A stretch of 64,000 nt of DNA from Raja brachyura (Eukaryota), in contig OY740808.1 of the NCBI GenBank assembly GCA_963514005.1, positions 6,572,001-6,636,000 of the forward strand. Direction: 5' to 3'. This document shows, piece by piece, positions 25,799 to 37,562 of this stretch (the first letter of the stretch is position 1; each line of letters starts with the position of its first letter). Both the position numbers and the translations under genes were made by a program. The notes beneath the pieces were generated by a model. That model was given only the letters and a program-made list of their open reading frames with translations, had not been told where the DNA came from and searched no databases.

Positions 25799-26121
25799 GG
25801 AATCTTGTGTAAGTAAGTGATCTGTTTAGCTGATAGGATTCTGGCATCAAACACAAATAAATAATGAAGGACCATGTGGTGCAAGTAATTTGCTACTGAT
25901 CATAAAGCAGCCTTGTCATTACAACTGATTTATCAGCTTAAATGACAATTCTATTTTGAGGTCTGAAAAGTGGTAAACTTACCCAATTATATGAAATTAA
26001 TGGAGCCTATGACAAAGACTGAATTCATCTAATAAAACTAGAGAAATTTGGAAATGTAATCTTGGACAGTAGACTGGAGTAGTTTAACTTCTATTTTTGG
26101 ATGTTTCAGTCTTTTCATTCA

Positions 26122-26506
26122 GGGGGGTGGCACACTGGTAGAGCCGCTGCCTAGGCACCAGAGCCCCGAGTTCAATCTTGACCTCTGATGCTGCTGGTGT
26201 GGAGTTTGCACGTTCTCCCTGTGACCACGTGGGTTTCTTCCGGGTGCTTCGCTTTCCTTCCGCATCCCAGTGACATGAGGGTTTGTCGGGTGATCGGCTT
26301 CTGTGAATTGCCCCTAGTGTGTAGGGAGTGAATGGAAAAAATGGGATAACATAGAGCTGGTGTGATTGAACCTGGGTCTCTGGCGCTGAGGCAGAGGCGC
26401 TACCAGCTGTGCCAGTGTGCTGCCCCGTGAATGGGTGATCGATGGTTGGCATGGACTCGGTGGGCCAAAGGGCCTGTTTCTGTGCTGTATCTCTAAGGTA
26501 AACTAA
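26122..26506 (+). mobile_element. tRNA-derived SINE containing an inverted SINE head
   Basis: Same family; inverted head at about 26366-26427. Confidence 0.8.
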
Positions 26507-27933
26507 AAGAACAAAAATAGATCGGATATGTCTACCCGTTTGTCTGAGCAGTGTAATCCTTGTGCTTGGAGTGTTCCCGTGACTGATTTATTTAGCCACT
26601 TGATTCATTTCTTGCGGTGCTCATGTAAAAGGTGCTGGACCATGAAGGAGATGATAGACCACCATGGAGTTAGTCCTTTCATCCACTTTGAGGTGGCTGA
26701 TCAATCCAAACTTTCCATTTTAATCTATTTTAATACTATAACCTTTTATGCAGTTAAGAAGAAGATATTTGTAGGTTTATGTTCAGCAATGCAAACAACA
26801 CAACAACGTGATCATGCTTAAAAATAATTAGAGGTTTGCAGCTTTACTTGGATTATAATACACAACAGAGCTAGTAATACATCTTGTTTGTTACTGCTCA
26901 TCGTGAGTTTATAATGTACTTTTTTATAAAACAGGAGACCAGAATTGCACAATCTGCTCTGCTGCTAGTTTTATTTTCATTTTTGAACCTCAATCTAAAT
27001 GCCGCTACGATTGATAAAACCAAGTCATTCTAAGTGACGCAGAGATTCCTTGAACTTCTTCCAGTCTCGTGTGCTCCATATAGTGGTCACAATGTGGTCT
27101 CGTCTTCATGAGAGAAACCAAATGCAGATTGGGCGACAATCGTCATGAGTGACAGGGGCCAGCAATAAGCTTCCAATTGTCTTCTGTTTTAATACTCTAT
27201 CCCATATTCTCTCTGGCCTGCACTGCTATAACATGGCTCAAGGTAACCTTGAGGAACAGCATTTCATCTTCTGTCTGGGCATGTAGATACATGACACATT
27301 CTACAACTTGAGGTAATGAGCTTTCTCCATCAGTTTCAGGCCAGGTCATTTATCCATGATATTGTGTAGGAAGGAACTGCAGATGCTGGTTTACACCGAG
27401 GATGGACACAAAATGCTGAAGTATCTCAGTGGGTCGGGTAGCATCTCTGGAGAAAAGGAATAGGGACACTTTGGGTCCAGCCCCTTCATCAGCCTTATTC
27501 CTTTTCTCCAAAGATGCTGCCTGACCTGCGTTACTCCAGCAGTTTGTGTCTATCATCCATGAAATTGGCTGTTTTCTCTCCTAATTAGCACAAGCTGACC
27601 TCTGGACATGTTCTACAGCTCTCCATTTCATAAATCTTTATTTTCACTTTCTAACATCCCTCATGGCTTTTATGAACAAGGAACTCCTTTTTGCTTTGTA
27701 CATGTCCCCATAATCCCGTTGAACAAATGACTTTGTTTACAAACAACCCTGGCCCCACCTCTTCAGACATATTCCCATTGTTCCATTATCACTTGCTCTT
27801 CATGGTCTGATATTAATTAGTTTTCTCTCCTTCCCAATCAGACAAGTGACTTTCGACCTGAAATTGTGATTTTTGTCTCTTTCTACGTGATCTGCTGAGC
27901 ATTTGCATATTGCCTGAATTTAACTGTTGTGTT

Positions 27934-28166
27934 NNNNNNNNNNNNNNNNNNNNNNNNNNNNNNNNNNNNNNNNNNNNNNNNNNNNNNNNNNNNNNNNNNN
28001 NNNNNNNNNNNNNNNNNNNNNNNNNNNNNNNNNNNNNNNNNNNNNNNNNNNNNNNNNNNNNNNNNNNNNNNNNNNNNNNNNNNNNNNNNNNNNNNNNNNN
28101 NNNNNNNNNNNNNNNNNNNNNNNNNNNNNNNNNNNNNNNNNNNNNNNNNNNNNNNNNNNNNNNNNN
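27934..28166. other. Assembly gap (233 N) in ANKRD13A intron 6
   Basis: Run of N; exons 6 and 7 are phase-compatible without a missing exon. Confidence 0.99.
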
Positions 28167-29088
28167 TTCCTCGTTATTTCTTCCTTCACTCAAAGGCTAC
28201 GGAACTTTAGGTCAGTCCATTAAGCTTTGGTGATGCATGCATGACACTGAAGTATTAAATTAATTAGGGATGTTTGAATATGGGGCACATGACAAACAAT
28301 TTGTAGAAACCACATGCATTCAGTCTGAAGTCTGAGTTGAGACGCGTCATAGTTTTTACAGTTTTTTAAAGGAGCTCCTTGTTTTAAGCTGGGAACTTTT
28401 GGTTGAGTAGGTTGGAAGCAAGATAAACTAGATTATGCTGAGTTACAATAAATTTAATGAAAATCTAAGTACTTTGACTTTGGAACTCGTTAAATGCAAT
28501 CTCTCCAGTTTGGCAAATAAAACGGGGGGGGGGGGGTAGAGAGAATGATAAGTGATATTACAACATGGTCTTATTACAATCTGCAGTCCATTGCCCTTCT
28601 TCCCCCCCCCCCCACGCCCCTTACTCCTCCACAACTCCTGTGCCCCACCTGAACTCGCACCAATTTCTCTTCCCCATCCACCACACACACTTCCTCCTAC
28701 ATTCCTTCCTCTGGCTTCTCAATGTATAACTTTTCAGTCCTTCTGTGTCATACCTTCTGCTTTAATCTCTTGCCTTTGTTGCAACCATCTGACTATCAGC
28801 GTCCTCCTTGTCTCTGTCCACTTATTGCCTGTGATGCTTTGCCTGCCTCTCTACTCTCCCAGCTTTTTCCGCTCTCCTCTACCACACAAGCAATTTGAAG
28901 AAGGCTTTCTTCAGACTGCTTGTTTTCGCTTGATTACCTTTCAGCTGATGAAATTGTATTGAATTTTAAATGTAACATTCTTTTTTTTTCCCCTCCACAT
29001 ATGCTGCCTGGCCTCTGCAATATTGTCTAGATTTTCATCTGTTCAGTTGGTGTGAGATGCTGTAATTAACTCTATGCTTGTCTGACAG

Positions 29089-29155
29089 GAATAAGTCTGG
29101 ATTTTGGGGCTGGCGGACGGACAAGACTGATGTAGTACAAGAGTATGAAGCGAAG
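29089..29155 (+). CDS. ANKRD13A: ANKRD13A exon 7 ([22 protein letters not shown])
   Basis: 67 nt, ag/gt boundaries, conserved KSGxWGWR motif. Confidence 0.95.
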
Positions 29156-29336
29156 GTATAGGAAGTTTTGTTTTTGAAAACTAATTTCATTCTTTTCATT
29201 GTTTATATATTCATGTTATGGACATGCTATGAAAACTCATGAGGAGACCTTCCTGAAAGAAAGCTCCACTCCCAACCCTTTTCTGGTCAGCTCCAAACAG
29301 CTCTCTGAAAATTGCAATGGAGGAAGATCACTTCTC

Positions 29337-29633
29337 TTAGTTTAGTTTAATTTAGTTTAGTTGGGAGATACAGCGTCCTTCAGCCCACCGAGTCCACACC
29401 GACCAACGATCACACATGCACTCATGCTGTGTTATCCCTCTTTCGCATCCTACACGCTCGGAGCCATTTACAGAAGTCAACTAACCTACAAATCATGTCT
29501 TTCCAATGTGGGAGGAAACCGTAGCACCCAGAGAAAACCCAAGTGGTCCCCAAGAGAATGCAAACTCCACACAGACAGCGTTGAACCTGGGTCTCTGGTA
29601 TTGTAAGGCAGCAACTCTGCCACTGTGCCGCCC
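29337..29633 (-). mobile_element. tRNA-derived SINE
   Basis: Reverse complement of the same family. Confidence 0.8.
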
Positions 29634-29949
29634 TTTTAGTTATAGTTTCTAACTCTGGGAAGGAGACAACTTGAGACGTGGTGTCCCGAGTCTTGGGGGA
29701 ATAAAAACCTCCCATTGAATTAATTCCACAGAATTAATTTATTTTTGATGGGAATCGAGTGCAGAACAATTTCCCAGTGTTATGGGAAATGTGAGCTGTG
29801 AATGCATGTATTGACAGTCCACTAGAATGGCGTGTTCTAGGGTTAAACAGTTCTATGGTTGATGAGCACAACCATTTCAACAAAACAGCAAAGGACTTGC
29901 ACGTTGTGAATCTCTGTCTTGAGGAGATACAAGGCAAGATTAAAAGCTT

Positions 29950-30116
29950 AGAAAGACACAAAAAGCTGCAGTAACTCAGCGGGTTAGACAACATCTCTGG
30001 AGAAAATGAATAGGTGATGTTTCGGGTCGAGAAGCTGTCCGACCCGGTGAGTTACTCCAGCTTTTTGTGACTATCTTCAGTTTAAACCAGCATCTGCAGT
30101 TCCTTCCTACACAACA
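29950..30116. mobile_element. Fold-back Penelope-derived short element
   Basis: TSD attaaaagctt at 29939-29949 and 30117-30127. Confidence 0.75.
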
Positions 30117-30142
30117 ATTAAAAGCTTTGTTGCTTTTCCTAG

Positions 30143-30224
30143 GTATTCACTGTGAATAATGTCAATGTGGTAACAAGGAGTAGATCAGAACATCTCACTG
30201 AAGATGAAAAGGCCAAATATAAAG
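30143..30224 (+). CDS. ANKRD13A: ANKRD13A exon 8 (VFTVNNVNVVTRSRSEHLTEDEKAKYK)
   Basis: 82 nt, ag/gt boundaries. Confidence 0.95.
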
Positions 30225-30269
30225 GTAAAACAAACTGTTCAAAACTAAGGTATGCAAAAATCAAAAGAG

Positions 30270-31862
30270 ACCAGGGTGCACTACTGGCCACATCTTCCCA
30301 TCTGCACTCCTTTCTGCAGAGACTGTTCCTTCCGAAACTCCCTGGTTAACTTGTCCCTTCCCAACCCAAACTACCCCCTCCCCAGGTATTTGCCCTTGCA
30401 ACTGCAGGAGATGCAACACCTGCCCTTTACCTCCCCCCTCGACTCCATCCAAGGACCCAAACGGTCTTTTCAGGTGAGGCAGAGGTTCACTTGCACCTTC
30501 TCAAACCTCATCTTCTGTATCCGCTGTTCCAGGTGTGTCAACTCCTCTACATTGACGAGACTAAGCGCAGGCTCGGCGATCGTTTCGTTGAACACCTCCG
30601 CTCAATCCGTCTTAACCTACTTGATCTCCCGGTGCCTCAGCACATCAACTTCCCCTTCCATTCCCAATCATATTTTGAGAGGTGGGGGACAATCTCCCCC
30701 ACCCCCCATGTTTTGTAATCCGGATTTTGAAATTCGGTGAAAATTTTTTTATTAAAATCTCCGCTTTCCACGAGGGGTGTCAATGTTAAGCGCTTGTTAA
30801 ATGTCTCTATTAACATTGTATTAACACGATGTGTCACCAATTGTGTTTTGACCTGCAAGTATTACTGAAGGTATTCACAGAGAATTTCTTAGAGGTCTCT
30901 GATGCGGGTACAATTACCATTTGAACTAATTGGATGTATTGGTGGATGGGAAAGATTTAAACGGGTATCTGATTTAAACGGGTCAGGTCATTAAGGGCTC
31001 CGGCCGAACGGGTTTCTTGGCTGGCTTGCAGGTAAGCCCATCATTCACGGTCACTCACGTTGGTTAGTATTTTTTTTGCTTCGTCTGTTTGCCTTTATTT
31101 GCTTCAGTTTTATTTGTTTAAGTGTTATTTATCACATTATAGCTCTTGAAAGATTCAAGCGGGTATCAGATGCTTTCTTAGGGCTGAATCGGCATGTTCG
31201 CGGGGCCCTTTCTTCGCCCGGCGCGGCTTCAAAACAAACTGGTGCGTCGAGGCGATCGAGGCTCCCGATGTTGAAGCCCCCGCCGGCTGATTATAAGCTG
31301 CGCCGGGTGATGAAAGGCCCCGCGAATGGGCTGATTCAAGCCCCACGATTCGGGGCGTACGAAGCTGCTGTTGCTGGAGTTCGGAGTCAGTCACCAACCA
31401 GGTCAGCTCCCGATGTTACCGTCCACAGGGCCGAAGCCTTGCGCGCCACCAAGAAATCGGGGTGTCTCTTCCCCCCCCCCCCCCCAATGTTTTGATAGTA
31501 ATTTCCGCCCCTGCTATCTTGGGCCTCCTCCATTGTCAGAGGCCCAGCACAAATTGGAGGAGCAACACCTTGTATTTCGCTTGGTTAAATTACACCCCAG
31601 CGGAATGAACATTGACCTCTAACTTCAGATGGCCCTCGCTTTCCCTCTCTATCCCCTTCCCAGTTCTACCCACTAGTCTCACTGTTTCCGACTACATTAT
31701 ATCTTTGTCCCGCCCCCTCCCCTGACATCAGTCTGAAGAAGGGTCTCGACCCGAAACGTCGCCCGTTCCTTCCCTCCAGAGATGCTGCCTGACCCGCTGA
31801 GTTACTCCAGCATTTTGTGTCTACCTTCGATTTAAACCAGCATCTGCAGTTCTTTCCTACAC
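30270..31862 (+). mobile_element. Penelope-like element GIY-YIG 3' fragment with terminal hammerhead repeat, interrupted at 30670-31513
   Basis: Frameshifted CIRCSRC/LLYIDETKRRLGDRFVEHLRSI; resumes with LEEQHLVFRL; hammerhead core at 31733-31760. Confidence 0.8.
30670..31513. mobile_element. hAT-like non-autonomous DNA element, left end apparently lost
   Basis: The right end ttccgcccctg resembles a CAGGGGCGGA-type TIR; the repeated subterminal motif is ccccc(a)atgttttg; it splits a Penelope fragment. Confidence 0.5.
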
Positions 31863-32299
31863 TCATTATTTATACCATTTATTTTAGTGTCATTTTAGTA
31901 TTTTAACAAACTTGCTAACCATGTGTGTTCCCTCCCTAACCACTCTTTTTACTCTGTGGAATGTCATGGGATTTTCTTTTACTTTGCCTGCCAGAGCCAT
32001 CTTGTGCCCTTATCTTGCCCTTCTGCTTTCCCCCTTAAGTGTACTTCTACACTCCCTGTACTCATCAAGGTTTCCACTTGAACCCGACTGCCTAAACCTG
32101 ATGTTATCCGCATTTTGTTAAGCAGAACCTCATTATCTCATCAAACGGAGTCCTCCTTGCCTTTCTCCCTTGCACCTGTAACACTACATTCTACATTCAT
32201 TTTAAATCCAACCCACATGTTGAGTATTCTTCTGGTTTTCATGGACCAGTGTCTCCAAGTGTGGTACAGAGCACAACAATCAATGTTCATAATGGAGCA

Positions 32300-33060
32300 C
32301 TAGGCCTTAATCTCAAACACCATTACTGATATCATCACTTTTTGCCTTCCACAGCCTCCAACCTTATCGTTTCCTAGCCCCGCACATCCCGTTTTTTACA
32401 TTCTCCCCAAAATCTATAAACGCAACTTCCCTGGCAGACCCATTGTTTCTGGTTGCTGCTGTCCCACGGAAATTATTTCCATGTACCTCAACTCCATCCT
32501 ATTCCCCCTGGGCCAATCTCTCCCGACCTATGTCCAAGACGCCTCACACGCCCTTCGTCTCTTTAATGACTTCCACTTTACGAGCCGCCACTCCAACTTT
32601 ACTATGGACGTTCAGTCACTCTACACATCCATCCCATACCAGGAAGGCCTTAAAGCCCTCGGTTTCTTCCTCAAACGCAGAGCCATCCAATTTCCCTCTA
32701 CTCCGCCTAGCGGAGCTGGTCCTCACCCTCAACAACTTCTCCTTTGACTTCTCCCACTTCCTCCAAGTCCAAGGCATGGGCCCCAGCTACAGTATGCCTG
32801 CCTCTTTGTAGGGTTCGTTGAACAATTCCTGTTCCAGGCGTACACTGGCCCTATCCCAGACCCCTATCTCCGTTACATTGATGACTGCATCAGAGCTACC
32901 CATGCAGAACTCATGGACTTCATCAACTTCACCACCAATTGTCATCCTGCACTCAAATTTACTTGGACCATCTCTGACACCTCCCTCCCCTTTCTTATTC
33001 TCACAGTCTCCATCACAGGAAATAGACTATTGACTCTCATCTATTACGAACCCACTGCCG
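32300..33060 (+). mobile_element. Degenerate Penelope-like reverse transcriptase fragment
   Basis: Frameshifted peptides FTMDVQSLYTSIP, LVLTLNNFSF, LRYIDD and HPALKFTW. Confidence 0.85.
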
Positions 33061-33125
33061 CCCACAACTATTTCGACCACCCAAGTCACACCAGCTTCTC
33101 GTTTTCAACCTACAAACAGCTTACA

Positions 33126-33165
33126 ATGGGTCTGAAGAAGGGTTTCGGCCCGAAACGTCGCCTAT
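33126..33165 (+). ncRNA. Minimal type-I hammerhead ribozyme motif (Penelope-type, dimer-requiring)
   Basis: AUGGGU CUGAAGA A GGGU UUCG GCCC GAAAC GUC^ GCCUAU. Stem I is 6 bp, stem II carries a UUCG loop, and stem III is the palindrome ACGU. Confidence 0.72.
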
Positions 33166-33260
33166 CTCCTTCGCTCCTTAGATGCTGCTGCACCTGCTGA
33201 GTTTCTCCAGCCTTTTGTGTACCCTCGATTCTCCAGCATCTGCAGTTCCTTCTTTAACAC
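33130..33260 (+). mobile_element. 131-bp Penelope-derived hammerhead-bearing short element with 15-bp TSD
   Basis: aacagcttacaatgg at 33115-33129 and 33261-33275. Confidence 0.8.
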
Positions 33261-34149
33261 AACAGCTTACAATGGCCTGTTTCCTTTATCATCGTTACTT
33301 TTTTGCATATCTTTCATTCATTGTTCTTTATCTCTCCACATCATCGTCTATATCTCTCGTTTCCCTTATCCCTAACCAGTCTGAAGACTTGAAACGCCAC
33401 CCATTCCTCCTCTCCAGAGATGCTGCTTGTCCCGCTGAGTTACTCCAGCTTTTTATGTCTATCTGCATAATGGAAGAGTCTGAAGAAGGGTTCCTATCCA
33501 TGTTCTGCAGGGATGCTTTCTGACCCACTGACTTACTCCAGCAGTTTGTGCCGCTCCTTGGTAAACGAGCATCCGCAATTTATTGTTCCTTCATAATGGA
33601 GTCCTTGATTAAGAGGAGCAATTTAGTAATTGCCAAATATGAATCTACAGGCCTCTGGATTGAATGAGAAGCACACCGAGGGAAGTTTAAGAATGTTGGT
33701 TACTTGATCAATGAGGCAAACTACTTGACTCATCGATGATTATATCATAGCACAACTGAAGATTTATAGTGCCAAGCAAAATTGAAAGTAAATCTAATGC
33801 TCGTTTTCTTTTGTGCTTTCATTTTGCCTTCAGAGTGTCTCAGAGCATTTTTTTAGGCTTTATTATAAGTATAGCTATTGTCACGCTCTGGAAAATGTAA
33901 CAAACACATTGTGCAGACCAAGCTCCCAGAAGTAGCAGGTTGATAGGAACATGATAATTTACATTTCGTGATATTGGATGTGGTTTGGATATAACTACTT
34001 TTCTCCTCAAATGCAAAACCCAGCATGAAACCCAATTTAATTTTTAATATCAATGATAAACCTTAGTTCTAACTACGGAAAAGTAGTTTTAATTCTTAAA
34101 ATCTCTGCTCGCATTAACTGACTTTGCATTGCCCTCTTTTATTTTCCAG

Positions 34150-34214
34150 ATGATAAAAACCCACTTGAATCTCTACTGGGAAAAGTAGAGGAACACATCA
34201 GCCCACAGAACGGA
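34150..34214 (+). CDS. ANKRD13A: ANKRD13A exon 9 (DKNPLESLLGKVEEHISPQNG)
   Basis: 65 nt, ccag/gtaagt boundaries; NPLESLLG as in ANKRD13A. Confidence 0.93.
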
Positions 34215-34259
34215 GTAAGTTGCAGTGAAACTCTGCAGCCGTGTTTTGTTTCCCCATTT

Positions 34260-34548
34260 AGGGCAGCGCAGCTGGCAGAGCCGCTGTGTCACTGCACCAC
34301 GACACCAGATATCTAGGTTCTATCTTGACCTCGGGCGCTGTCTGTGGAGTTAGCATGTTCTCTCTATGCCCGTGTGAGTTAATTAGCACCTCTAACATTG
34401 ACCCTACTGGGTAGGGGGTGATGAGAAAGTGGGATAATGGTGAACTTGTGTAAATGGGTGATCAATGGTTGGCGTTGGTATCTGTGGCCTAGCATGAGCT
34501 GGGTGAGCCATGGGACCTGTTTCCACGCAGTGTCTTTAAACTGAACTA
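34260..34548 (+). mobile_element. tRNA-derived SINE, degraded
   Basis: Same family. Confidence 0.7.
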
Positions 34549-34739
34549 GGCAGGGACACATAGAGCTACTTACAGAATAGTAATTTCAATAGTTTGAGTA
34601 TCTAATCAACCAAAATGTAAGGTAAACCATCCAGAAAAGGCCACATGTCCTTGTGTGTGCATTGGCACGTAATCATTTAAGCTGATATGTTTGCTTGTGA
34701 GACATTGCCTTGTATTCTTACTTTTTGTTTGACTTGCAG

Positions 34740-34870
34740 CACCTTGTCACAGAAACTGCGACCATTAATAACCCCACGTCAATCACGCCAGAAGAATATT
34801 TCGACCCAGAGTTTGACCTTGGAGACCGGGACATCGGTCGCCCCATGGAGCTCTGCGTCAAGTTACGCAA
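34740..34870 (+). CDS. ANKRD13A: ANKRD13A exon 10 ([26 protein letters not shown])
   Basis: 131 nt, gcag/gtaagg boundaries. Confidence 0.95.
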
Positions 34871-35100
34871 GTAAGGTCTTGGCAGTAGCCACACAGTTTT
34901 GGAGGGAATGTAGATCTGCTTACAGCAGAAACGGGTGAAAATAATGTAGGACATCCTTCCTTATCTGGCCATGGTCATGCTGATATTGGTCTGGGACAGG
35001 TGAGAGTGTTGCAATGTGTTGAAAGTGGGAAGAAATATCAATTTGTCAATGGGAAATAATACACGAATAAGTCGCACGCAAATGCAAAATATCATGATGT

Positions 35101-35520
35101 ACATCCGTGGATTGTCACCGTGTCGTGGTGGCGAAGCTTGTGTGGTCCTGAGAGCGATGCCGTCTGGAGCTATGCTCCTGGTATGGCTACCCATGGCAGT
35201 AAGGTCGGGGGGGGGGGGGGGGACTCTGACAAAGAGCAATCCAACCAACATCTCAACGGTGGAACAGGCGGAGGACGATGGATGACCTTAGTGGAGCGTC
35301 ACAATGGCTGGGAAGGCGGATGAAGTCTGCAGCAGAAAATGGTCTCCGGTCGTCTTGGACTTCATGCCGCTGGATCCCGACTGAGATCTGTCAAGGACCG
35401 TGTGGTGGCTGTCTGTGCACCAGTCTCCCCACGTTAAACAAAGTCACGCACAGGCGTCCTCCAACCCTGGAGACACCCATGGTCAGGTCAGCCATGACTA
35501 AGAAGAATAAAGAAGAAATA
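35101..35520 (+). mobile_element. Short RTE-derived element (RTE 5'UTR, AAG-rich tail)
   Basis: gtcaccgtgtcgtggtggcgaagcttg...ggagctatg is homologous to the 5' end of the 13861 element. Confidence 0.6.
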
Positions 35521-36042
35521 AAGACATCAGCTTATCAACTGAAACTAAACACTAAAAGAGTTTACCCATGCTCCATCCACCCCCTTATTTAAGTAAATCT
35601 AAACTATTAAGATTAAATAATTGAATGTCAACTTTGATTTTTTTTTTAAAACCTGCCCGTTGTGTACATTCTTAAAGGATAGAGCAAATTACTGGCGGAA
35701 ATTTGAACATTGCAGACCATTTCCACTGTCATTAGATAGTGCGTGTATTTCCCTCATTTTCAAGTCAAAATGGTACCTGTGTTTGGAATACTTGCTCTTT
35801 TGATGCTGGAGAACATGGACGGGTGACATTTCGAGTCATGACCCCTTCAGACTGAAGAACGGTCTCGACTTGAAACATCACCTATTTATGTTCTCAAGAG
35901 ATGGTGCCTGACCCCAGCACTTGGTGTTCTTTTGTGTCGAGTAGCATTTCTTTGTTGCTACTATTTGATCAAGCTCTTACTATTTGACCCAATATCTTAA
36001 GTACTTTTTTTTGGACTGAGAGCCAACCTTTGACCAATTACT

Positions 36043-36269
36043 AAAAAAAGACACTAAAGTGCTAGAGTAACTCGGCAGGTCAGGCAGACTCTCTGTTAAG
36101 ACATGGATGGGGAACATTTTGGGTCGGGGCCCTTGTTCAGACTCCTTATGACCAGGAGTGATCTCTCGGACTGACTGCTCAGTCTGAAAAAGGGTCTCAA
36201 CCCAATCCTTTTCTCCAGAGATGCTGCCGCCCGACCCGCTGAGTTACTCCAGCATTTTGTGTCTATCCT
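36043..36269. mobile_element. Fold-back Penelope-derived short element
   Basis: TSD tttgaccaattact at 36029-36042 and 36270-36283. Confidence 0.75.
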
Positions 36270-36393
36270 TTTGACCAATTACTGTACTGTGAAGCACACG
36301 GGAAGTGTTGCTACATTGATACATAATTTAAGTCACTGAGATCTAGAAATTTACAAAGCGCCTTATGCATTATATTTCTCTCCTGTTCACCAG

Positions 36394-36551
36394 ATTTAAA
36401 GCCACGTTGTGGCTCTGCGAAGATTACCCGCTGTCTTTTGCGGACCAGGTGATTCCAATCATCGATCTTATGGCAAGGAGCAACACGCACTTTGCAAAAC
36501 TCAAGGACTTCATCACTTTGCAGTTGCCACCAGGATTTCCTGTCAAAATAG
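36394..36551 (+). CDS. ANKRD13A: ANKRD13A exon 11 ([14 protein letters not shown]...LPPGFPVKI)
   Basis: 158 nt, ag/gt boundaries. Confidence 0.96.
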
Positions 36552-37227
36552 GTAAAAGTTGTACTACATTAGAATTGCCCATTTTTTTTTAATGTTGGTT
36601 TTGCTATCATAAAAGGTCTGATGTGGCAACATGTGGTGAGGACTATATCAGATTTGTCTTCCACAGCTAATGTGCTTTAAGCTCTCACTGCTTCAGCTCG
36701 GCAGTATGTCAGTGCCCACCTGCTATGAAGTGATGGAAGCATTGGCAACTGTGAAGCGGTATCTCTCCTAGCCTCAGTATCATCGAGGGAGGAGAAGAAA
36801 ATACCAGAGGTGGAGTTTGGAAGAAGAGTGGGAGAAAGTCTTTCAGCCTTGGGTCTATCGTAGTACTCCCACATAAAGTCACTTAATTAATCTCCCACTC
36901 CAGAAATCAGTTCATAATCCAGGCTGACAATCCATTGTAGATGGGGAACTACGGTACATTGATGTCTTTGGAGGACTATCTGTACTTTCAGGAGGAAAAG
37001 AAAAATACCTATGCAGCTAACTGTAAACATTTTGAGATGCTCAATGTTCATGGGATATAAATGTAAGGTGATTCAGTGCGCACGTGTTTGTATGTTCAGT
37101 TGCTAAGTTACTATAGTCATTTACAAGCCCATCAAAGTTAAATGTTGATTTTGATAACATTGCACCTCTGAACGATATCTTGTTTAAACCCACACACGCA
37201 CACGTGTACGTACATACGTACGTACGT

Positions 37228-37495
37228 TTAGGGTGAAGAGGAAGAGATTTAATAGGAATCTGAGGGGTAACTGTTTCAAACAAAGGGTGGTGGGTGTATG
37301 GAACAAGCTGCCAGAGGAGGTGGTTGAGGTAGGAACTATCCCAACATTTAAGAAACAGTTAGATGGGTACATGGATGGTACAGGTTTGTGGGATATGGAC
37401 CATATGGTGGGCAGGTGGGACTAGTGTAGCTGGGACATGTTGGCCGGTGTGGGCAAGTTGGACCCAAGGGCCTGTTTCCACGCTGTATGACTCTG
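37228..37495 (+). mobile_element. CR1 3' fragment
   Basis: RFNRNLRGNCFKQRVVGVWNKLP. Confidence 0.85.
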
Positions 37496-37562
37496 ACCTA
37501 GGTATCAGTTGGAAAGGTAATGTTTCTGTTTATTCAAAATCCTCCTGTTTTGTCTGGTCCAG

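Noticed and set aside
27813-28233. ORFs consisting mostly of X
   Set aside because: They span the N gap.
36667-36760. Possible poison exon after the tttgtcttccacag acceptor (immediate TAA)
   Set aside because: No convincing donor; such acceptor-like motifs occur by chance.
37190-37228. Alternating purine-pyrimidine/palindromic run (cacgtgtacgtacatacgtacgtacg)
   Set aside because: Simple repeat at a CR1 5' junction; nothing suggests function.
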